From positions 25,170-89,169 of the forward strand of contig JAGVBZ010000014.1 of assembly GCA_020059465.1 (NCBI GenBank): 64,000 bases of DNA. Reading direction: 5' to 3'. Shown here piece by piece: positions 19,632 to 27,942 of this stretch. The position numbers and the translations under genes were made by a program. Positions within the stretch are counted from its first letter, which is position 1; every line of letters starts with the position of its first letter. The stretch is from Brevinematales bacterium. Lineage in GTDB: Bacteria; Spirochaetota; Brevinematia; Brevinematales; GWF1-51-8. The notes beneath the pieces were generated by a model. It was not told the origin of the DNA. It ran no database searches and saw only the letters and a list, made by a program, of their open reading frames with translations.

Positions 19632-20724
19632 AGTCAGGATGCCCGTTTTTAATTGTATAGAAATAATACTTTCTGGATACATCCCCGTATTTATCGAAAC
19701 TTAACGGGCCGATCAGGGTTGAAAAAGAATGGGTTTGAAGGATATAATCCTTTATTTGAGCAGGCGTATGTTTTCCGTTTTGTACGCAATTCTTCAGTAT
19801 TTCCATGGATTCGTAGGCGAGGTAGGAATAAACAACCTTCGGGGAGGAATGATAATACTGGCTGAATGCCTCGTTATGCGCAGTGACAAGGGAATCTTTT
19901 CCCTGAGGAGGAATGAGGGTCGGAACGATTACGCCTTCCGAGGATTGCGCGCTGTTTTCTATATACGCGGAGGTATTCAGCCATGGCGATATAATGAGAC
20001 AGCATTCCGGGTATTCCTCCATCGTATGACGGGTGATAATTCCCGCGATATTATTATGATTTCCCCCGATGAGAAGATAAACGATATTCGGCCGGTATTT
20101 TTTTAATTCCGTCCGGTATAATTTTTCATTGAAACTCCCTGCGTCCATTCCCAGAATGGAACACTTGTTATTAATCTGATTGGTGAGTGTTTTTAGGGCG
20201 GAAAGCGTATATGCCGAATTCCCCGTATCGTACACGATAAGAGTTTTATTGAGGGGAAAGTGAGAATTAATATATTCGCTGACAGCGAGAGATTCCTGAT
20301 AGGTATCGGGCGCCATTCGAATAAAACTATCGTCGATACCGGAATACTTATCGCTGGTGCTGAAAAGATTGAATATGATACAATCGCGCGTGTCTTTTTC
20401 GGCAATAATTTTTTTCATCGCCGTAGAGGTCATTCCAATAATAAAAATTCGAATCCCTTGATCGTACATTTCCTCAAAGTTTATCAGAACTTCGTCGGAA
20501 GTAGCTGCGCTGAGCGCGACGACTTTAAACTGAGAATGATTGGTCTTTTTAAGAAAGAGCTGAATGTTCTGATATATCTCAAAACCGACCTGAGAAGCGG
20601 ATTTATCCAAATCGGTGATTAATCCTATGGAAATCCCGGGTGAACGGGAGCATGATGTAATTAAGGAAAACATCAGGCAGGAAAAAACAAGAATTATAAA
20701 ATATATTGTCCGTTTTGTTTGCAT
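19621..20724 (-). CDS. periplasmic binding protein (type 1 PBP fold) lipoprotein, probable sensor partner
   Basis: Lipobox LITSC. Alternating beta-alpha pattern and length resemble Leu/Ile/Val-type or ligand-binding PBPs. It lies directly upstream of the hybrid kinase. Confidence 0.6.
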   Translation of the reverse strand: MQTKRTIYFIILVFSCLMFSLITSCSRSPGISIGLITDLDKSASQVGFEIYQNIQLFLKKTNHSQFKVVALSAATSDEVLINFEEMYDQGIRIFIIGMTSTAMKKIIAEKDTRDCIIFNLFSTSDKYSGIDDSFIRMAPDTYQESLAVSEYINSHFPLNKTLIVYDTGNSAYTLSALKTLTNQINNKCSILGMDAGSFNEKLYRTELKKYRPNIVYLLIGGNHNNIAGIITRHTMEEYPECCLIISPWLNTSAYIENSAQSSEGVIVPTLIPPQGKDSLVTAHNEAFSQYYHSSPKVVYSYLAYESMEILKNCVQNGKHTPAQIKDYILQTHSFSTLIGPLSFDKYGDVSRKYYFYTIKNGHPDYEE

Positions 20725-20739
20725 CTTTTACCCTACAAG

Positions 20740-20769
20740 ATTATAAAACCATGAGGTTTTATTTGTCAA
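20740..20769 (-). promoter_or_regulatory. sigma70-type promoter (TTGACA-18-TATAAT) for the PBP/kinase operon
   Basis: The minus strand reads gaTTGACAaataaaacctcatggtttTATAATcttg about 15 nt upstream of ATG 20724. Confidence 0.45.
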
Positions 20770-20803
20770 TCAAAACATTTAAGAAATGAAAATGATTTTA
20801 TGA

Positions 20804-20832
20804 TTGCAAACTCGTTAAAGGTGTGATAAAAT
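20804..20832 (+). promoter_or_regulatory. sigma70-type promoter (TTGCAA-17-TAAAAT with TGn extended -10)
   Basis: Reads gaTTGCAAactcgttaaaggtgTGaTAAAATttg, upstream of the GAGGAGG Shine-Dalgarno at 20845-20851. Confidence 0.45.
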
Positions 20833-20857
20833 TTGATGGCTATAGAGGAGGAAGGCA

Positions 20858-22027
20858 ATCAACCCGAATAAACCGATTATCCTGATCGCGATGATAGAAG
20901 CCGGCGGCGCGCATAAGACTACCGCAGTAGCTGTCGCTGAAAGCCTGTATAGATTGTATGCGGATAAGATTCATGTGGAATTATACGATTTTTGCTACCA
21001 TGTCGGCGCCGTGGATTTCGATAATAAACATAAGGCGCAATGGGACAGTTATCTCGCCCAAAAAAGCATTGTAAAAATCGGGTTTCATATTCAGAATTCC
21101 CTCGGTTCCATTACCCGTCAGTACCTGAAATCATGGGGAAAGGAGTTCTTCGAGAAAGGTGTTACCTGGCTGAGGGACAATCCCCCGGAGGTATTTTTTA
21201 CCACCCACTTCCTCGCTGCGGGAGTAGCGCTCGAGGCGCGTAAACTTTATCCCGAGCTTCATTTCCCGATCATCCTGTTCAACTGCGAGCCGCATGATTC
21301 CAGTTCGTTGTGGGTATGGAAAGAAGTCGATTTCTTTATCGTTTCCTCGATCACCGCGGCGAATCTTGCGATACTCAAGGGTATGAAAAAGGAAAAGATT
21401 CGCATCTCGCAGTTTCCGGTACGCGACAGTTTCTTCCATATACAAAAAACGCGGACTGAAATATGCGGCGAACTGGGTATCGATCCACGGAAAAGGACAC
21501 TTCTGATGGCTGCCGGCGGGCAGGGGCGGGGCGCTATCGAGAAACTTTCAAAGGAAATGGCGCTTTCCGGTATTGAGATGAATCTTGTCGTGGTATGCGG
21601 TAAGAACGAGAAACTCAGGGAAGATCTTGAAGCGATCAGGAAGAAAGGAACCGGGAAGACGACGTTCTCGCCCCTGGGATTCGTTAATAATATGAACGAA
21701 TTAATGGCCGCGAGCGACGTGGTTGCCACAAAAGCGGGGCCTGCGACCTCATACGAGGCCGCCTATCTTGGAAAGCCCCTCGCTTTTATCGATTATGTCG
21801 AGAACGAGCGCGCAACTATGCGGTATTTTATCGATAACGGCATGGGGTGGGTTGCCGATTCGCGGAAAAAATTAGTTCATATGATGGAAAAGATTATTCA
21901 GTCTCCCGATTATTATAATAAAATCCACAGGCGGATACTTAGAATGAGTCTTGTTAACGGCTCCGAAGATATCGCGCGTTTTCTGAATACCGTGATGGAA
22001 ACTTGGTCCGACAGGTACAATGAATAA
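20858..22027 (+). CDS. GT-B glycosyltransferase, MGDG synthase/UgtP (GT28)-like
   Basis: EAGGAHKTTAVAVAESL, matching the GGGH-type motif of monogalactosyldiacylglycerol synthase-like enzymes, plus a C-terminal GT-B half (MAAGGQGRG...TKAGPATSYEA). The 5' end is set at in-frame ATC 20858 (see findings); the first ATG is 20891. Confidence 0.7.
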   Translation: MNPNKPIILIAMIEAGGAHKTTAVAVAESLYRLYADKIHVELYDFCYHVGAVDFDNKHKAQWDSYLAQKSIVKIGFHIQNSLGSITRQYLKSWGKEFFEKGVTWLRDNPPEVFFTTHFLAAGVALEARKLYPELHFPIILFNCEPHDSSSLWVWKEVDFFIVSSITAANLAILKGMKKEKIRISQFPVRDSFFHIQKTRTEICGELGIDPRKRTLLMAAGGQGRGAIEKLSKEMALSGIEMNLVVVCGKNEKLREDLEAIRKKGTGKTTFSPLGFVNNMNELMAASDVVATKAGPATSYEAAYLGKPLAFIDYVENERATMRYFIDNGMGWVADSRKKLVHMMEKIIQSPDYYNKIHRRILRMSLVNGSEDIARFLNTVMETWSDRYNE

Positions 22028-22739
22028 GCTCCCTGATATAACGTTCTCTCTCTACATCTCCGCACTGATAACATTATTCTATATGTTATCATGCGCTCCC
22101 TTTTCTGCAGAGGTATCCGTATCGGAGGAAATTCCAAACCGCGCGAATTATTCCGATTTTTCGGTATATTTTAAGGCGTTGAAAACGCTGGAACGTCCCG
22201 GCCTGATTATCGGCGCATTATCTCTGGAATTTCCCGGCGGCCCCCCGCTTGTCTATCTCGACGATCTCGCGCGCGCGCAGTGGGAGATCGGAAGGTATTA
22301 TTCGTCATTATCGAATTATTTTCTATGGCTGAAGACTGGCGGAGGAAAACATGTCAGGGCGCTTGTCGGAATCGCCAAGTGTTACCGTGAGTTGGGCGAA
22401 TATGCGCATGCGGCGGTATATTTCAGCCTCGCGCTCAAGGCAAGCCCGACGTTCTGGAATTATTACGAATATGGGAAGCTTTACGAGCGGATGGGGCTTT
22501 ATGAAAAAGCGGCGGAAATGTATAACGCCGCCTACGGGCTTTCATCAAAGGTACAGTATGTTTACCGTTCTCTGGTACAGGGTAAACTTGCAAACGCAAT
22601 CTTTAAAGCCGCGCAGGAAAGCATGGAAATGGGAGATATTGACGATGCAAGGAAAAAATTGTCCCTGATATTGAACGACCCCCTGCTTCGTCAGACTCCT
22701 GCCGGGGAGAAGGCGGATTTCTGGATGAACCGTTGGTAA
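22020..22739 (+). CDS. TPR-repeat protein with N-terminal hydrophobic segment
   Basis: TPR-like helical repeats (AKCYRELGEYAHAAVYFSLALKASP, YEYGKLYERMGLYEKAAEMYNAAY). It overlaps the glycosyltransferase stop by 8 nt. Confidence 0.6.
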   Translation: MNKLPDITFSLYISALITLFYMLSCAPFSAEVSVSEEIPNRANYSDFSVYFKALKTLERPGLIIGALSLEFPGGPPLVYLDDLARAQWEIGRYYSSLSNYFLWLKTGGGKHVRALVGIAKCYRELGEYAHAAVYFSLALKASPTFWNYYEYGKLYERMGLYEKAAEMYNAAYGLSSKVQYVYRSLVQGKLANAIFKAAQESMEMGDIDDARKKLSLILNDPLLRQTPAGEKADFWMNRW

Positions 22740-22757
22740 GTATTTATCGGAGGCTTG

Positions 22758-23369
22758 ATGAAAATATTCTTTTTCTGTCTCATCGCGGCTGTTTCACTTT
22801 CAGGACACCTGCAGGCCGGGTCATGGACCGATTGGATCGCATATAAAAAAACGGCTTCGCAGGAAGTACTGATAATAACCTATGTTTATTGCGATTATCA
22901 GGAAGACGACGGCGACCTGGCACAGTACGCGGGCAAATTTACCGTACTGATGGAGAATCACGGGAAATACCGGATTTACTTCAAGTCGCCGGACGAAATG
23001 AAGGGAGTGTGTGTTCTTTTTACCGGCGGTAAGATATGGGAATACGTTCCGGGTAATACGTCGCCCGTGCAGATTCCTGAAAACCGTTGGGGTGAAAAGA
23101 TCGCAGGATTTCATTTCGCGCCCCCCTATTCGTTTTTTCATTATCCGGGGATGGAATCGTTAAACGGAAAATGGGGAAACCTTTGTGATACGGGTTTTTG
23201 GACGCAGGTACGCATAATATGCGGCTCACTGGTAAGTCTTAAAACGGAAATCTATACATGGAATCTGCCTGAGACGGAAGAATCGTATACATTCGAGGTG
23301 ATCAGCCGCCTGATCAATGTCACCTTCGATAACGACCCGTTCGACCCAGCGGAACTGGGACAGGACTAG
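22758..23369 (+). CDS. hypothetical secreted protein
   Basis: Signal peptide MKIFFFCLIAAVSLSGHLQA followed by a beta-rich sequence. No family recognised with certainty. Confidence 0.55.
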   Translation: MKIFFFCLIAAVSLSGHLQAGSWTDWIAYKKTASQEVLIITYVYCDYQEDDGDLAQYAGKFTVLMENHGKYRIYFKSPDEMKGVCVLFTGGKIWEYVPGNTSPVQIPENRWGEKIAGFHFAPPYSFFHYPGMESLNGKWGNLCDTGFWTQVRIICGSLVSLKTEIYTWNLPETEESYTFEVISRLINVTFDNDPFDPAELGQD

Positions 23370-23426
23370 GATTATTAGGAATATTTCCCTCCTCCGGCTG
23401 AAATCCATAAAAACAGCGTTTATTTG

Positions 23427-23455
23427 TTGAATAAATAGGGTTTACCCGTTATAAT
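23427..23455 (+). promoter_or_regulatory. sigma70-type promoter for rpsO (TTGAAT-17-TATAAT)
   Basis: Reads tgTTGAATaaatagggtttacccgtTATAATatt, about 75 nt upstream of the rpsO ATG. Confidence 0.45.
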
Positions 23456-23531
23456 ATTAGTTCTAAAACGAGAGCCTGTCTTTAGGGTATCCGCCCTATG
23501 GACGGGTAATAATACCGGCACGGAGGAAAAA

Positions 23532-23807
23532 ATGCCGATTACAAGTTCGGACAAGAAAACTGTTATTGACAAGTACGCGAAGCATGACGGGGATACCGGA
23601 TCGCCCGAGGTACAGATCGCGCTTATTACGACGCGGATCAATAATCTGACCCGCCACTTCAAGGACTTCAAGAACGACAATAACTCAAAGCGCGGCCTCA
23701 TGAAGCTCGTCGGACAGCGGAAACGCCTGCTCCGTTACCTGCACAGCGTCGATGTCGAACGTTATAAGACATTAATCGAGAGTTTGGAAATCCGCGGTTC
23801 ATTCTAA
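23532..23807 (+). CDS. rpsO: 30S ribosomal protein S15
   Basis: The sequence ...HDGDTGSPEVQIALITTRINNLTRHFKDFKNDNNSKRGLMKLVGQRKRLLRYL... is canonical S15. Confidence 0.95.
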   Translation: MPITSSDKKTVIDKYAKHDGDTGSPEVQIALITTRINNLTRHFKDFKNDNNSKRGLMKLVGQRKRLLRYLHSVDVERYKTLIESLEIRGSF

Positions 23808-23848
23808 ACGTCTCCGGTGGTTGTGTATAAACCAAACGGAAGGGCGGA

Positions 23849-24727
23849 ATGATACTGGATTGGAAGCCTCTGGAATGGAGCGATAAACGCTTCTTCGATA
23901 AACTGGTCATGGACAATCCTACCGGGGTCTCCGAATTACTGTTCGGCAACCTTTATATTTGGGCTAAGTTTCGCCCCGTAATGTTTTCCGAATGGGACGG
24001 CGGGGTATTGTTAAAAACGGAGTATTCGGCCGAAAAGCGCTTCTTTCCGCCGCTGGGCGTGAAAGATATCCCGTCCGCATATGAAGCTTGTTTTTCATAC
24101 GCGGGAGAGACGGGATGGCCGATGCTGGTGAAACGCGCCCCGAAGGAGCATGCGGATATTCTCGACGGGTATGGGTATAAAGCGGAACCCGACAGGGATA
24201 ATTTCGATTACATCTACCGGGTCGAAGACCTCGCCTACCTAAAAGGGCGTCATTATGACGGGAAACGGGGGTTTATCAGGAAGTTCATGTCGAAATACGA
24301 CTTCAGCTTCCGTCCGTACGAGGCGTCCGATTTCGAGGATTGCCTCAATCTCTGCCGCAAATGGATAGAACGTAAAGGGACAGCCGATCCCGCATTTGAG
24401 CAGGAATATCATGCGGTACGGGAACTCCTCCGGAAATTCGGGGAGATGGAATTTGACAGCGGCGTCCTATTTGTTGAAGGTAAAATGGTCGCGTTTTCGG
24501 TCGGAGAACGGATAACTCCGGATACATGCGTTATCCACTTCGAGAAGGCGGATACATCGTACGACGGGAGTTATCAGGCGATCAACTTCCTGTTTGCGCG
24601 GGATGTTATGCTGGGTAAGTACGAGTATGTCAACCGTGAACAGGACATGGGGATTGCCGGACTGAGGAAGGCGAAAATGAGCTACCTTCCGGTTAAATTG
24701 ATAGAAAAATATAAAATAACAAGATAA
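23849..24727 (+). CDS. DUF2156 domain protein (lysyl-phosphatidylglycerol synthase C-terminal domain-like, GNAT fold)
   Basis: LFGNLYIWAKFRPVMFSEW...KGRHYDGKRGFIRKF...IHFEKADTSYDGSYQAINF...GIAGLRKAKMSYLP matches my memory of the DUF2156 family pattern. Confidence 0.65.
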   Translation: MILDWKPLEWSDKRFFDKLVMDNPTGVSELLFGNLYIWAKFRPVMFSEWDGGVLLKTEYSAEKRFFPPLGVKDIPSAYEACFSYAGETGWPMLVKRAPKEHADILDGYGYKAEPDRDNFDYIYRVEDLAYLKGRHYDGKRGFIRKFMSKYDFSFRPYEASDFEDCLNLCRKWIERKGTADPAFEQEYHAVRELLRKFGEMEFDSGVLFVEGKMVAFSVGERITPDTCVIHFEKADTSYDGSYQAINFLFARDVMLGKYEYVNREQDMGIAGLRKAKMSYLPVKLIEKYKITR

Positions 24728-24774
24728 AGAGACCGCAAGTATCTCATTACGGTTTCGATTTCTAAGGAGAAATT

Positions 24775-26859
24775 ATGGCTATCGTTAAGGTCAGTAAGAA
24801 AATCGGGGAAATGGACCTGATTCTCGAAACCGGGTTAATGGCTAAGCAGGCCGATGGTTCTATTATAATAAAGAGCGGGGGAAACGTATTACTGGTGACC
24901 GCTTGTATGAGTCCCGACCCGATGGAAGGAGCGGATTTCTTCCCGCTTACCGTGATGTATCAGGAAAAGTACTACGCGGCGGGAAAAATACCCGGCGGAT
25001 ATATCAAACGCGAGGGAAAACCGTCGGATAACAGCGTATTGATCTCACGTCTGACCGACCGTCCGATACGCCCGTTATTCCCGAAAGGATTTTTTCATGA
25101 GCTGCAGGTTGTCGCTAATACGCTCTGCAGCGATATGGTTACTCCCCCGGATACTTTGAGTATCAACGGCGCGTCCGCCGCGCTCGCAATTTCGAAGATT
25201 CCGTTCCTGGGGCCTGTCGGCGGAAGCCGTGTCGTCTATAAGGACGGAAACTACATTGTCAATCCCAAGTTCGATGAAATAAAAGATTCACAGCTCGATA
25301 TTGTGGCAGCCAGTACCCGTGAGGGCGTTTGTATGGTGGAGGGCGGTGCGAAGATGGTATCCGAGGAAGTTCTGCTCGGCGCCCTCGAACTTGCTCATAA
25401 TACCAACCTGGAGATTATCGGTTTAATCGAGGAACTGGTGGATAAAATCAAGCCGGTGAAGTTCGATTATAAGCCGGCAGAGGATTTACTAACCGAAGAG
25501 AAAAAGAAGCAGATATTCGATATCGCGTACCCCGCGATGAAAAAGGTCAACTCCGACGCCGATAAACTCCGCCGTGCGGCTAATGTTAAAGCGGCGGGTA
25601 AGGAATCGCTGGAGAAGCTTGAAATCACAAAGGAAAGCCCAGAGTATAAAGAGGCGAAGGCTTATCTCGAGGAACTCGAGGAAAAGATCGTACGCGAGCA
25701 GATACTCGGCGAAGGAGTGCGCGCGGACGGACGTAAGTCCACCGATATCCGGAATATCACGATCGATCTGGATATTCTCCCCGGCGTACACGGTTCGGCG
25801 TTATTTACACGCGGACAGACGCAGGCTTTGGGTATTATCACCCTCGGAGCGGTCGATAATGTGCAATATATCGATACTATCGAAGCCGAAGAAACAGTCA
25901 CCAAGAATTTTATGCTTCATTATAACTTCCCCTCGTTCAGTGTGGGCGAAGTCAAGCGGATGGGCCCTCCCGGACGCCGCGAGATCGGTCACGGCCGTCT
26001 CGCAGAACGCGCGATCGAGAGCCTTCTCCCGACGCTCACTGAATTCCCTTATACCATCCGGATGGTATCCGAAGTGCTCGAATCCAACGGGTCGTCGTCG
26101 ATGGCTACCGTGTGCAGCACCAGCCTTGCGATGATGTCCGCGGGTATCCCGATTAAGGCGGCTGTCGCGGGTATTGCGATGGGTCTGGTATGGGATAAGT
26201 CGACCGGTAAATATGTCATCCTGTCCGATATTCAGGGACTGGAAGACCATCACGGCGATATCGATTTTAAGGTCGCCGGTACCAAAGACGGTATCACCGC
26301 GTTCCAGATGGATGTAAAAACGATAGGCATCACCCGCGATATCATGAGCGAAGCGCTTCAGCAGGCGAAAGACGGACGTATGCATATACTGGGGATAATG
26401 GATAAGGCGATCGATCATTCCCGTGAGACCGTAAGCGAAAGCGCGCCTAAGGTGAAAGTACTGACGATACCGCAGAGCGAGATCGGCGCGGTAATCGGGC
26501 CAGGCGGAAAGTATATCAAGAAGATTACCGAGCTTTCCGAGACCGATATTTCGATAGAAGAAGACGGGCAGGTCATGATCTACAGCAAAGACGCTTCGAA
26601 ACTTGAATTTGCCGCCGATATGGTAAAGAAACTTGCGTTCGGGCTTTCGGTCGGCGATGAAATGGAAGGAACCGTCGTACGTATTGAAGATTACGGTATA
26701 TTCGTAGAATTAGCTCCCGGACAATCGGCGCTTCTCCATAAGAGCCGGATGACCCAGAGGGGAAATCCCAGAGATATATTCAAGATGGGCGATGTCCTGA
26801 AAGTAAAAGTGGACAGCATCGATGAAAAGAAACGGTTATCGCTCACACAGATGCAATAG
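24775..26859 (+). CDS. pnp: polyribonucleotide nucleotidyltransferase (PNPase)
   Basis: Two RNase PH domains, then KH (GAVIGPGGKYIKKI) and S1 (GTVVRIEDYGIFVEL) domains; 694 aa. Confidence 0.95.
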   Translation: MAIVKVSKKIGEMDLILETGLMAKQADGSIIIKSGGNVLLVTACMSPDPMEGADFFPLTVMYQEKYYAAGKIPGGYIKREGKPSDNSVLISRLTDRPIRPLFPKGFFHELQVVANTLCSDMVTPPDTLSINGASAALAISKIPFLGPVGGSRVVYKDGNYIVNPKFDEIKDSQLDIVAASTREGVCMVEGGAKMVSEEVLLGALELAHNTNLEIIGLIEELVDKIKPVKFDYKPAEDLLTEEKKKQIFDIAYPAMKKVNSDADKLRRAANVKAAGKESLEKLEITKESPEYKEAKAYLEELEEKIVREQILGEGVRADGRKSTDIRNITIDLDILPGVHGSALFTRGQTQALGIITLGAVDNVQYIDTIEAEETVTKNFMLHYNFPSFSVGEVKRMGPPGRREIGHGRLAERAIESLLPTLTEFPYTIRMVSEVLESNGSSSMATVCSTSLAMMSAGIPIKAAVAGIAMGLVWDKSTGKYVILSDIQGLEDHHGDIDFKVAGTKDGITAFQMDVKTIGITRDIMSEALQQAKDGRMHILGIMDKAIDHSRETVSESAPKVKVLTIPQSEIGAVIGPGGKYIKKITELSETDISIEEDGQVMIYSKDASKLEFAADMVKKLAFGLSVGDEMEGTVVRIEDYGIFVELAPGQSALLHKSRMTQRGNPRDIFKMGDVLKVKVDSIDEKKRLSLTQMQ

Positions 26860-26868
26860 GCCGGTACT

Positions 26869-27360
26869 ATGAAAAGGTTTGCCGCGTTCTGTATCATACT
26901 ATTGCTTGCGTCATGCGGCGTCGAGGCGATTAATTCAGTGATCGACCTGAACACCCCTTTGGGGCTGACGGCGAGGGTCACAAATATTGCCTATCAGGTA
27001 AGCGGTACGACTAACTGGGTTACCAACAAGACCATCCGTATCGTCTTCTGGGCGTTTAACGATGAAACTTATTTCGAGGGTTTTCAGCTTTATTTTGCCG
27101 ATAACCTTTCCGATTTGGCGGCGCGGGCAGGCTCCTACCGGGCGCTTCCCAGTTTTAACGGCTTGACGAACTTCCCGACATATGGCGGGCAGGTCGCTAT
27201 GACCGAATCGAAAAAGTTCACTTTTTTTCTGACAAACGATACAAATTACAGGCCGCTTATCGGCGCGAAGTCCTATTATATTCATGTAAGGGCATACGGC
27301 TACAACCTGAATACTTCTGTGTATAGTATGCCCAGTAACCCGACGAACGTGACGTTTTAG
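26869..27360 (+). CDS. lipoprotein with FN3-like domain (paralogue 1)
   Basis: Lipobox LLASCG. Has an FN3-like pattern (PLGLTARV...IRIVFWAFNDETYFEGFQLYF...YYIHVRAYGYN...PSNPTNVTF). Confidence 0.6.
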   Translation: MKRFAAFCIILLLASCGVEAINSVIDLNTPLGLTARVTNIAYQVSGTTNWVTNKTIRIVFWAFNDETYFEGFQLYFADNLSDLAARAGSYRALPSFNGLTNFPTYGGQVAMTESKKFTFFLTNDTNYRPLIGAKSYYIHVRAYGYNLNTSVYSMPSNPTNVTF

Positions 27361-27372
27361 CGGGACGGAAAT

Positions 27373-27930
27373 ATGAGAGAAGAAAAAATGTTTTCCCGGA
27401 TACGTACAGCGCAAACGCGGGATTTCTGCCGAGGAAACAATGATGAAAAAGGTATAAAAGTGAAAAAACGGAACATATTCACTCTGTTTACTGTGGGACT
27501 GTTTGTTCTTTCCGGGCTTACCGCCTGCGGGATTGAAGCCCCGGAGCCGATTCGCGACCTAAAACCCCCGCTCGCGTTAACCGCTACGGTAGTGTCGAAT
27601 AAGATCAGGCTGCAATTCTGGGCTATGAACGATGAGGCTTATATCACAGGGTATTGGGTTTATGTTTCCGACACGCGCGATAATCTGCTTGCCGATAAGG
27701 GAGTGAAATATCCCAACAGCGACGGTTTGCAGAATAAACCGACAATCTGGAACGGGATTATAACGATGACACAGCCTACAAAAATCGTGTATACTATCCT
27801 GCGCGAGGTGGACGATACTCCCCTCGAAGTCGGTTACGATTACTTTTTCATGATAAAAGCTTATTCTTACGAATATAATTTACTGAGTAAACCCAGCAAT
27901 ATTACTAATGTGAAATTTACGAATATTTAA
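27373..27930 (+). CDS. lipoprotein with FN3-like domain (paralogue 2)
   Basis: Lipobox LTACG. Shows the same pattern as the upstream gene (PLALTATV...IRLQFWAMNDEAYITGYWVYV...YFFMIKAYSYE...PSNITNVKF). The true start may be GTG 27460 (VKKRNIFTLF). Confidence 0.6.
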   Translation: MREEKMFSRIRTAQTRDFCRGNNDEKGIKVKKRNIFTLFTVGLFVLSGLTACGIEAPEPIRDLKPPLALTATVVSNKIRLQFWAMNDEAYITGYWVYVSDTRDNLLADKGVKYPNSDGLQNKPTIWNGIITMTQPTKIVYTILREVDDTPLEVGYDYFFMIKAYSYEYNLLSKPSNITNVKFTNI

Positions 27931-27942
27931 ACCGGATTTTTC

